Below the pieces are notes generated by a model that made no database searches, was not told the origin of the DNA, and worked only from the letters and a program-made list of their open reading frames with translations. A DNA stretch of 64,000 bases from a virus. Taxonomy: Duplodnaviria; Caudoviricetes. Below are positions 37,301 through 45,839 of the stretch, in pieces (the stretch's first letter is position 1; the number at the start of each line of letters is the position of its first letter). The translations under genes were made by a program, and so were the position numbers. Where the stretch lies: IMG/VR virus record IMGVR_UViG_3300020577_010904, positions 34,043 through 98,042 of that record; one strand, given 5' to 3'.

Positions 37301-40300
37301 CGTGGGCGCCCCATGTTTGTGTAACCGGTACCACCGATTTCACCCGTGTCGAGATCGAGGTGTCCGGTGATTGTCATTTCGTGTTGTTCGCCACCGGCCT
37401 TTTGTTGGGCCTTTGTGGGTTCAAACTCCTTCAGGGTTTCCTGAAGCCTGTACGTGTCGCTTGCACCCTCAGCGCCGAAATCAGCCAAACCACCAGCTTG
37501 GCGGAAGTCTTCCGCAAACTTAGTTTGGTTTTTAAGATCGGCAATCGAGACGCCGGCTGTCTTGGCTTCTTGCTGGAGTTTACGCCGTGCGCTAACAGCC
37601 AGCATGATGCCTTTGCGTTTCTGGCTGATAAATGATCCCATTTGTGAGCGCAAAGCCTTCCGATCTTCCTCACTAATGCTCTTCGGCTTGAAGCCGCCGA
37701 TCTCGGCCAGTTGGTCGATCAGGCTATTTGTCTGATCCAAATCGTTTGCGGTACGCTCTTTCCGTAGGGCGTCCACTTTCTCCTTTGCGCTGAGCGGCAT
37801 TGTTTTAATGGCTTCGCGCTGAGCCTTGATGCTCTTATCAAGGTCCAGGATCTTCTGTCGTTTTTCTTCCGGGATACTCTCATCCCCGGCTTCAGCCTTC
37901 TCGATCATGTGTTGATCGCCACCAATTAAACGACGGAGTTCCTTTTCCTTGTCGTTCACGGATTTGATCGCGTCAGCTTTGGCGCCGCCTTCATAATCAC
38001 GTAGTGACATCATCTCCTTGTCACTACCCAGGGTCTTACCAACTGCTGCTGTTTCTCGTTCGAGTTGACCATGTAGGGACACAATGTCTTTACGCAACGC
38101 TTCTGGCACTGTTTCGTCACCAGCCAGTGCTTTTGCGATCATTTCGGTATCGTTACCAACCAACTTCAGCAACCGCGTGTGTTTCCGTTCAATCGATTCC
38201 AACTTATCCACACCGTCTGGTCCCAGCTTACGCATACTGGCATCGTCACGGTACAACGTGCCAACGAAGTTATTGGCTCGTTTCAACTCGACCTCGATGG
38301 CACTTTTGACACGACCAGTGCGTTTCGTTGGATCTTTTTCTGCGATGGCATCCTTCACCTCATCGGCGGACCCCAACATCAGTTTCACGGTTTCGTCATC
38401 GACAACACGTCCTACGTCGGCCTTGGCACTTCTGCTTTGAATCTTCTTCTTGGTCTCGGCGATGCGGGCTTTCGTCTGGGTGATCTCTTCCTGATCGTCA
38501 GCGCGTCCACCAGCTTCCAAGTCACGCAGCTTGTTGGAATCTTCAACAAGTTGATCAATATCCTTGGCGTACATACCGCCGCCGAGTTCTGTTTTGATCT
38601 TCATGCGATTCTTCGCCAGGGACAATTTTTTCTGGTCGTCCTTGGTCAGATCCGTTTGATTTTCAAATTTACTAATGGTGCCAGAGTCAGTGACAATCTG
38701 CTGTACTGCCGATTCACTGAAACCTGCCATCACGTCCACGGAAGTGCGTACGCGATCACGCGCCAGTGCAAGCACTTCGCGATCTTTTTCGTCGAGACCT
38801 TTTTTAGACCCAAGTTTCCGAATCGTCTCCGTGTCGTCAATCACCTGGCGGATGTCTTCCACCTTGATGCCACTGGCCAGCTCGCCAATGACTTCAGTGA
38901 TCTCCTTGTTGCCCTGCTTGTCGTTTTGGATCATGTTGATCACGCGGGCAATTGGTCCAGCTCGGCCAAGTGGCGCCAAAGCCTTGTCGATTTCTGCGTC
39001 GGCCTGTGACAAGCGTTGCGTTTGTTGTTCTTGTTCCAGCACACCGGTGTTGTTCATCTGGATCATGTGACCAAGATTGCCAAGGCGTTTACGGTTCGCA
39101 AAAACATTCATTTGCGATTCGAAACTTTGTGCCACAGCGGGCAGCATCTTTTGAGCTTCCTCTTCGCCAAATTGTTCTGTGAGGACTTCCAGGACCAGTT
39201 CCTTCCGGCCTTCAAATGTCGACAACCGTTCCGGGTTTCGATCATTGAACATTCGACGCAGTAACTCGTCGCCGCCTTTACTCATTTCTCTGGCTTCTTC
39301 AAGCGATTTACCCTGAGCCAGTAGTGCCGTTTGAATAGCACCACGCCCGTAGCCGCGGCTTTGATAGATCAGCTCTTCGGGTTGGATGCGTCGAATAACA
39401 TTGGAACCCAGGTCGTATTTCTGGATCGTTTCCTGGTTGCCAAATTTGTCGTGCATACGCTGCCTGAAGGCCGGCAGGGCACCGCTTTCTTGCGTTGTAG
39501 ACTCCTGCATAATCTTTTCCATGCTCGCTTGTCCGAGGATTTCGAACATGGACTTACCTTCAAACGTGGTCTCGCCGTTTTTGAGTGCTTCGGCCAACTT
39601 ACCGGCTCGTGTATCAGCCCCAATGTTAAAGTTTTCTACCGTGTTGATCAGTGCCCCGGCGAACTGGGCCTTTTGCGAGCCCGCGGCCCGTTGACCGATA
39701 ATGGCTTCACGCTGGCCCAGTTGGTCGGGTGACAGGGCTCCGAAGGCCGTATAGTCACTACCGAAAGCCTGCTTGTACGCGGACTCGAAGCCAACTGCGT
39801 GCTGTCCGGCTTGAATCGACAGCGATCGATCGAGACCGATCTTGTCGCCGTATTTGGCAGCTAACGTGGTCAAACCGACAAAGCTGTCCAGACTGGCGCC
39901 TGTGTTCTCCATCAGTGCCTTGGTCTTGCGGACAATGTCTTCCACCTGTGTGGCAGGCATGCTGGCCAAACGATTCTGCGTCAAAGCCTCAAGTGCGTTG
40001 ACCAGTTGCGACACCGGGGCATTGCCCTGCCCCATTGAACCGAACAGATCTCGCATGGCTGTAATTGAACCGGCAAGCTCCTTCAGGCGCCCAGCAACCT
40101 TTTTGGAGTCAAACTCACGCATCTTGCGGCCGAAGTCTTCCGCGTCCAACTGATCAAGTTCTTCAATGCTTTCGCCAGTTGATTTGGACAAAGCGTCCAG
40201 TTGATCACCACGTTTTCGCGTGCTCAGGCTGCTGGACATATACCCGCGACGTTGAGCTTCGTCGAAGATCTTGCCGAGCTGTCCCATGCCAACGCCCTGC

Positions 40301-40905
40301 ATCTTCGAAATACGCTCTGGTGTGCCGTACAACTCTTCCGAGATGGTTTCGGACAATGTTTCAAGATCGGCGCCGCGCAGTCCTGGGATACCGCTGAGCA
40401 TGTTTGCCCGGTACTGGCCCCCACGAAAGAGGCCTTGGGTCATTACGGCCGCACTTCCGGCGGATCCATGCAACTGATCGAGCAGTTCCGGAGCCACTTG
40501 CCCGAGAATGCTGAGCAACGGCGCGGCATTACGGTACGCCTGGGCGAAACCAGCTTCTTGGTCCAGACCGTAGACCGTCCCGGTCATCCGGGCGAGCCCC
40601 TCTGTCGTTTTCAGCCAGTTTTTGATGTCGATATTCTTGGCAGCGGTCGCAGTCTCCTGCATTAACTGCCGACGTGCGGTGTCGGCCTGCAGCATGTCCG
40701 CCAAGTTCACGGCAGGCTGGAATTGGCCCATAAACATGCCATTCTGACCAGCCATAGCTTGTAGAATCGGCTGGGCGAGCATGTTGAACGGACCAAGCGC
40801 AGGAATACCCATCGAAGCGGCTTGTGTCGGATCGTAGCCGGGGACGTGGCCTAACCCACGCTGGGCCATATATGGGAAAAACTGTTGCGGTTGCTCTTGG
40901 TCCAT
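37297..40905 (-). CDS. Tape measure protein
   Basis: 1202-aa helical protein rich in Ala/Gly/Gln/Lys, downstream of the chaperone pair. Confidence 0.8.
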   Translation of the reverse strand: MDQEQPQQFFPYMAQRGLGHVPGYDPTQAASMGIPALGPFNMLAQPILQAMAGQNGMFMGQFQPAVNLADMLQADTARRQLMQETATAAKNIDIKNWLKTTEGLARMTGTVYGLDQEAGFAQAYRNAAPLLSILGQVAPELLDQLHGSAGSAAVMTQGLFRGGQYRANMLSGIPGLRGADLETLSETISEELYGTPERISKMQGVGMGQLGKIFDEAQRRGYMSSSLSTRKRGDQLDALSKSTGESIEELDQLDAEDFGRKMREFDSKKVAGRLKELAGSITAMRDLFGSMGQGNAPVSQLVNALEALTQNRLASMPATQVEDIVRKTKALMENTGASLDSFVGLTTLAAKYGDKIGLDRSLSIQAGQHAVGFESAYKQAFGSDYTAFGALSPDQLGQREAIIGQRAAGSQKAQFAGALINTVENFNIGADTRAGKLAEALKNGETTFEGKSMFEILGQASMEKIMQESTTQESGALPAFRQRMHDKFGNQETIQKYDLGSNVIRRIQPEELIYQSRGYGRGAIQTALLAQGKSLEEAREMSKGGDELLRRMFNDRNPERLSTFEGRKELVLEVLTEQFGEEEAQKMLPAVAQSFESQMNVFANRKRLGNLGHMIQMNNTGVLEQEQQTQRLSQADAEIDKALAPLGRAGPIARVINMIQNDKQGNKEITEVIGELASGIKVEDIRQVIDDTETIRKLGSKKGLDEKDREVLALARDRVRTSVDVMAGFSESAVQQIVTDSGTISKFENQTDLTKDDQKKLSLAKNRMKIKTELGGGMYAKDIDQLVEDSNKLRDLEAGGRADDQEEITQTKARIAETKKKIQSRSAKADVGRVVDDETVKLMLGSADEVKDAIAEKDPTKRTGRVKSAIEVELKRANNFVGTLYRDDASMRKLGPDGVDKLESIERKHTRLLKLVGNDTEMIAKALAGDETVPEALRKDIVSLHGQLERETAAVGKTLGSDKEMMSLRDYEGGAKADAIKSVNDKEKELRRLIGGDQHMIEKAEAGDESIPEEKRQKILDLDKSIKAQREAIKTMPLSAKEKVDALRKERTANDLDQTNSLIDQLAEIGGFKPKSISEEDRKALRSQMGSFISQKRKGIMLAVSARRKLQQEAKTAGVSIADLKNQTKFAEDFRQAGGLADFGAEGASDTYRLQETLKEFEPTKAQQKAGGEQHEMTITGHLDLDTGEIGGTGYTNMGRPR

Positions 40906-40921
40906 TGTTTAACTCTCGATG

Positions 40922-41407
40922 TTACGGACCTGCTGTTTGACGCAATTGGGCATCCCGTAAGGCTTTGGCCCGTGTGCCTTTCATAAGGCTATCCGCAGTA
41001 CGCTGGATCTTTGCTTTAACCTCTGGATCGTTCGGATCGCCCCAGATGCGAATCCATTCGTCACGCAGACTTTTGATCTCGCTGTCTGTGGTGGTCGACT
41101 TACCGGCGGCCTCCTTCTTGCGATCCCACGGAAATTGAAGATTGTAATGACTTTGCAGCGCCTCGAAAGCCCGGTCCTGCACACGTACACGACTCTCATG
41201 TTTGAGCCGCCCTGGTGTATTTGCCACCGCCAATGAGTACGCTAGGACGTCCCGTTGATACTCAACGAAACGCTGCCGCTCTTCATAGTTCAAGGCCAGC
41301 CGCAGTCTGGCCTTGTGGTAGCTGTCCAGGGGATCATAACGCCTGAAGTCAAAGGTGCCCTTGTGGGCGAGCCCCTGAATCAGACTGGCGTTTTGATCCC
41401 GGCCCAA
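40922..41407 (-). CDS. Tail assembly chaperone, frameshift extension (gpT-like)
   Basis: Open in the -1 frame from GGATTTTTGG at the end of the upstream gene, with no good independent start. Confidence 0.65.
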   Translation of the reverse strand: MGRDQNASLIQGLAHKGTFDFRRYDPLDSYHKARLRLALNYEERQRFVEYQRDVLAYSLAVANTPGRLKHESRVRVQDRAFEALQSHYNLQFPWDRKKEAAGKSTTTDSEIKSLRDEWIRIWGDPNDPEVKAKIQRTADSLMKGTRAKALRDAQLRQTAGP

Positions 41408-42513
41408 AAATCCGCGTTGAAACTGGCCGCCTCCAAACGCCGAATCAGCGCATTAAATCGCAGGTACAATGCCGACAACAGTCGGAACATACTGGCCGAG
41501 CTGACCTGGTCCATCACGTATGGTGCGTAAGACTTCAGCACTGTTTGGAACTTTTCACCAGGTTCGGGTTTATCGTAGGCGACTTCTGCGACACTCAATG
41601 GCAACGAAATCGTTTGACCACCGTCCGTACGAACTTGATGCAAGCTGATCACCATTTCATAATTCTGAATCGCGCGGAAAAATTCCGCTGGATTCGGGAT
41701 CAACCCGTCGCGTGAGTCGCAGCCAGCTTGTGTGATCGCAAGATCGAATTCCAGACGACTCATGGAACGGAAGACCGCGACAGCTTTACCGCCCAACAGG
41801 GGGTATTCCTTCAGGAACGGGGCGCCAGTGATCATCATTGTCAAGAAGTTGAGCTTGTCGTCTTCCGTGACTTCGATGACGTCTGCGTTAGGATCCTGGT
41901 GACAGTTATTGCAAATGCTGTCCACAGCCGCCATGGTCTGCAGACTGCTGTCTTCACGTGCAGGCACCGGCGGCTGCGTGTGTGGGGCGGCCACCGGTGG
42001 CGGCGCCACTTGATACTGGGCTGGCTGTGGTGGCGGTGCTGGTACGTGGAACTGGTCGCTGCCACTTCCCATACGCAGTGCGTCGATCTGACGATTCACT
42101 TCCGGATTCGTCGGATCCGCGACATGGTGTTCAGCCAGGGCAGCCAGATTCTTGGTGTTCTCGATTGCAGTAGCAACACCACGCTTCAGTTCAGCCTGCT
42201 TTTCTGGTGGTAAGTCGTTGATGTTGATCTCAAGCGGGCGCGGCACACGCGGCATATTGGGGTCCGGAAGAACTTCTTCCGTTCGCACTTGTTCCAACAT
42301 CGTGGCGACGTCGGGAATCGGATCGCCGGGCTTCCAGTCGAGGCCTTCAAGGAAGTCTTGCTCAGTTTTGGTGAGCTTCAGGACAGTGCCTTGTGGTTGT
42401 GGTAAGCCGCCCAGGCCGTTGGCACTACCGGGGATCGGCAGTGGCCGAACTTGCTGTGGTGCTGGGTTTGGTGCGGCTGGTTTATTCTTACGCAGATCGA
42501 GTGGGCCTGGCAT
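41380..42513 (-). CDS. Tail assembly chaperone (gpG-like) with Pro-rich N-terminus
   Basis: Position before the tape measure, VFRSMS..E motif, and ending ...NADFW. Confidence 0.65.
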   Translation of the reverse strand: MPGPLDLRKNKPAAPNPAPQQVRPLPIPGSANGLGGLPQPQGTVLKLTKTEQDFLEGLDWKPGDPIPDVATMLEQVRTEEVLPDPNMPRVPRPLEININDLPPEKQAELKRGVATAIENTKNLAALAEHHVADPTNPEVNRQIDALRMGSGSDQFHVPAPPPQPAQYQVAPPPVAAPHTQPPVPAREDSSLQTMAAVDSICNNCHQDPNADVIEVTEDDKLNFLTMMITGAPFLKEYPLLGGKAVAVFRSMSRLEFDLAITQAGCDSRDGLIPNPAEFFRAIQNYEMVISLHQVRTDGGQTISLPLSVAEVAYDKPEPGEKFQTVLKSYAPYVMDQVSSASMFRLLSALYLRFNALIRRLEAASFNADFWAGIKTPV

Positions 42514-42521
42514 TATGTGTC

Positions 42522-45227
42522 CTATGGCAGAATTGGATAGTTACCGTCGAGCCTTTTCGGATTCGGTTCCCCGTACTTGGGGTGCTTATAGTAGTCAGGG
42601 AGATTTTCCGGGTCGTTGCCGTGTGGCTTCGCTGTCCCGGACCTTGGATCAAAGATCGTGAGTTCCACTTCAACGTAGCCTTCGTCGTGCTGCATTGCCT
42701 CGGCGCCAGGGTATGGCGCCGTCTGCATGCCTTGCGACTGTACCCAGTTTTCAGACCATTTTGAAGCCGCACCTGAACCCATACGGTCCAACTGCTGCCA
42801 GCGATCCTCGAACAAACGGAAGCTGAGCTTATCACCCTTGAGAGTGCCGCACTGGTCTGAATCTCGGAACGAGAACTCAGCAATCGTCATCACTTCATCA
42901 TTGCCGCCACGGAATTCCTTGTACCAATACTGTGTGTACGCCTTGTCGAAGTATTGGGTCAGGTCGTCACAGAACTTCTCTTCCGCCTGTTTGACCTTTT
43001 CGAAGTATTCCTTGAACGAGCCCGGCTTCAGTCCTGGAACCAGGTTGTTGTACTGCGGTGCCAGGGCTGTCATGATGTGCCCATTGTCGGCATAGATCCA
43101 GTCGTTTCCAAAGTAACGACCGTCCAGGCCAAGATCGCCGCGGATCACGGTGTAGCAGTCAATCAGTGTGAAATAATCGGTGAAGCCGTCAGCCTTTCGC
43201 ACTGTCACGCTGTCTTCTTCACGCTCATAGAACCCGAGATAGAGGCCTGCGCCCATCGGAATGAATTCAACCACGCAACTGGAGTTTGTTGTGATGGGAC
43301 TTTCACCGCGTGCTGCGTCCAGTGTGATAGCTCCCTTATCGACCGAGCCGCCACCGGTACGCAGATAGATATCCTTGGCCCATGTGACCGCATTAGAGTG
43401 CGGGGCTCGAATCGCTACGCCACCTGCCGAAGCCTTTTCTCCAATAGCAGGAGTGCCATCTTCACTCTTGAACTTGTAATCCGTGACGCTCGATCGGCTC
43501 TCGAGCAGCAGCAAACCGTCACCGCCACCGTTACCAGACAACAGCCAGCAGTGGCGTTCAGCTTTAATCCGAACGTCCTTTCCGGTGGACGAGACCTCAC
43601 AGTGCCGATTGGCCCGGATGAGGGCATCGCGACCGGCCCAGTTGACCACATTGCGGCCACCTTTGTTCCAGACGTCTCCAGGCGCCGTGACATGGATGCT
43701 GCCGCCGGTCATCCGGATTTCGGATCCGTAGCCATCTGCCAGGGCGATGCCGCCGTCCTCTAAGAAAACCAGGTATGAATTTGTTAGAGCGTAATCGACC
43801 GAATTGTAACGGTGATCAACAGATAGACTCGTTTTGGGCGGGTCCGGGGTGTACATCTTCCCGTGACCGCTCAAAGATCCGAATTGTGGAGGTGGCACAT
43901 TGCCACCCATGTCAGATTCAGTCTCTTCGCCCAGGTGCCAGTCGAGATGGTGGTAGAAGAATGGATGCACACCTTCCCAGTTGAAGATGTATGACACCAG
44001 GTCAGGTGTACCGCAGTGACGGATCAAATGCGGTTCCAGGTCACTAACCGATGGGGTCTCCAGGTTGCCGGTAATCTTGTGTTGTGGGCCAGAACCATAG
44101 GCACTTGAAGCCTTGTAATTGGCTGACTTATCGCCAGCATAGTCGTCTGGTCGACGCTTCTGGTAGATCTTGGGAATCAATGGCCGCTTCGAGATGATAA
44201 TCGACTTTGCTGACCGCATTGAGTACGCGCCAGACAATGCAATGTTCTCTTCGAAGACCGAGGTGAGCCCCGGCGCCGAGCCGTAGGACCACAGACCACC
44301 AGCACTGGGCACCTGCACAATACGCTTGCCGCCCTGGCCCAGGTAACCACCGTAGTTCATTCGGCGCCGGACAGGCATCTGGTTGTCCAGCTTCGGCTCA
44401 ATGGCACCATACCAAGGCTGATCCAGTTCGGTTTCCTCTGGTCCGAAGGTCTTGGACGTCTGAATACCCTGTCGGGTGGCGCCCATCGCTTCCCAGGGAT
44501 ACACGGAGCGGCCCAGGATCTCATAAAGCTCTGACTCGTCGTCTAGCGCTTCCCATTCGAACGGCTGGGAGCGGATCTGCAGGTTGATGCCGTGCATTCG
44601 ACATAGGTTGTCGAACAGGAAGGTCTCGAACCCGGCACCTTCACCAGTGCCAATCTGGGTCATGTAATCGTCAACGAAGACCCGCAGGCCTGTGCGGGTT
44701 ATCATGCACCACTCGCCGCCTGTGGTGCTGTCGAATGGGTTCCCAGAGGACCAGTCACCAATACCGCGGGTCTTGGTCGTCCAGGGAGCCGCGTAACCGA
44801 CATCACGGTGCAACCCTGTGCGGCTGCCGATGAAGATGTAATCCGACAACGCTAAGGTCGGGTTGGTCATGAAATACGGTTCCACAGCGATGATAATGCC
44901 GTGGTTGAGATTCCGGTGGTAAATGAACCACACGTGAGCCCCGCAGGGGATGCTGGTGTTCGCACGGACCCCGATCGCGGAGTTCGGCCCAGAGGGAGCG
45001 TGTGTGCAGGTAATGACTGCAGCGCCACGTTCAGGCAGGACTTTGTAGGTGCCCACGTATGGAATGCTGTCCATCACGCGGCCGAAGAGAAGCTCAGCGG
45101 GGCGGCCCAGGTGGCGACCCTCGTTGGCTAAAACGAGAGTGGGATCGGCAATCTGCCGATCCCTCCAAAACTCGTTTTCCGCCAGCTTCCAATCAAGCTG
45201 ACGGGCTGTCAAATCTGTTGGCGCCAT
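42522..45227 (-). CDS. gp5/VgrG-like baseplate spike protein
   Basis: N-terminal OB-fold-like segment and beta-helix-like repeats (DGGIALADGYGSEIRMTGGSIHVTAPGDVW...GRDALIRA...GKDVRIKA). Confidence 0.65.
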   Translation of the reverse strand: MAPTDLTARQLDWKLAENEFWRDRQIADPTLVLANEGRHLGRPAELLFGRVMDSIPYVGTYKVLPERGAAVITCTHAPSGPNSAIGVRANTSIPCGAHVWFIYHRNLNHGIIIAVEPYFMTNPTLALSDYIFIGSRTGLHRDVGYAAPWTTKTRGIGDWSSGNPFDSTTGGEWCMITRTGLRVFVDDYMTQIGTGEGAGFETFLFDNLCRMHGINLQIRSQPFEWEALDDESELYEILGRSVYPWEAMGATRQGIQTSKTFGPEETELDQPWYGAIEPKLDNQMPVRRRMNYGGYLGQGGKRIVQVPSAGGLWSYGSAPGLTSVFEENIALSGAYSMRSAKSIIISKRPLIPKIYQKRRPDDYAGDKSANYKASSAYGSGPQHKITGNLETPSVSDLEPHLIRHCGTPDLVSYIFNWEGVHPFFYHHLDWHLGEETESDMGGNVPPPQFGSLSGHGKMYTPDPPKTSLSVDHRYNSVDYALTNSYLVFLEDGGIALADGYGSEIRMTGGSIHVTAPGDVWNKGGRNVVNWAGRDALIRANRHCEVSSTGKDVRIKAERHCWLLSGNGGGDGLLLLESRSSVTDYKFKSEDGTPAIGEKASAGGVAIRAPHSNAVTWAKDIYLRTGGGSVDKGAITLDAARGESPITTNSSCVVEFIPMGAGLYLGFYEREEDSVTVRKADGFTDYFTLIDCYTVIRGDLGLDGRYFGNDWIYADNGHIMTALAPQYNNLVPGLKPGSFKEYFEKVKQAEEKFCDDLTQYFDKAYTQYWYKEFRGGNDEVMTIAEFSFRDSDQCGTLKGDKLSFRLFEDRWQQLDRMGSGAASKWSENWVQSQGMQTAPYPGAEAMQHDEGYVEVELTIFDPRSGTAKPHGNDPENLPDYYKHPKYGEPNPKRLDGNYPILP

Positions 45228-45255
45228 GACTGCCCTTTGCGGCAGCTAAGCCGCC

Positions 45256-45768
45256 TTAGACGTTGTTGAAGCCGGCATTGAGCGCGGTGAACATCATCTG
45301 GATCTGTTCGTTGATGACCATGTCCTGGGCACCAACCTGAATCCCCATATTGATAATCACTGCGGCCTTGATTGTAAATGAGTAGGCCGTTCCCGAATCC
45401 TGCAGACTCGCGATCGCAGTACCGTTGACCGTCGAACAGCGAGCTTCAACCATGAAGTTGATGTTGTTGCTGACGGCCTGACAGGCATCGCCGAACTTCG
45501 TGTAAAACGCAAGCTGGACAAGCCGTGGACCCATGATGCGGCCCATGTCGACTTGACCTTGAGTTCGGCCAACGACGTAGAACGTCTTGTCCGAACCGAT
45601 TTCGTACACACGCGTGATCTGTTGCTGGTACCCGACCTTCAAGGACTGAACCAGCATACCAACGCCGGAACCATCCAGGTCTTGCCCGGCGAAGATCACT
45701 TTGGCTGCATCGGCCGCAATAGCGCCACCGAAGTCTTGACCAGCGCGGCCGTAAATGTCTGTAGCCAT
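45256..45768 (-). CDS. Tail tube protein
   Basis: Follows the sheath. LVQSL...QQITRVYEIGS..FYVVGRTQG. Confidence 0.85.
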   Translation of the reverse strand: MATDIYGRAGQDFGGAIAADAAKVIFAGQDLDGSGVGMLVQSLKVGYQQQITRVYEIGSDKTFYVVGRTQGQVDMGRIMGPRLVQLAFYTKFGDACQAVSNNINFMVEARCSTVNGTAIASLQDSGTAYSFTIKAAVIINMGIQVGAQDMVINEQIQMMFTALNAGFNNV

Positions 45769-45839
45769 AGTTGTACGCTCTCCCTAGCGATCAATTCAAA
45801 CTGATTGTGACGTAATCCTTACGCAATCCCGGCACCTGA

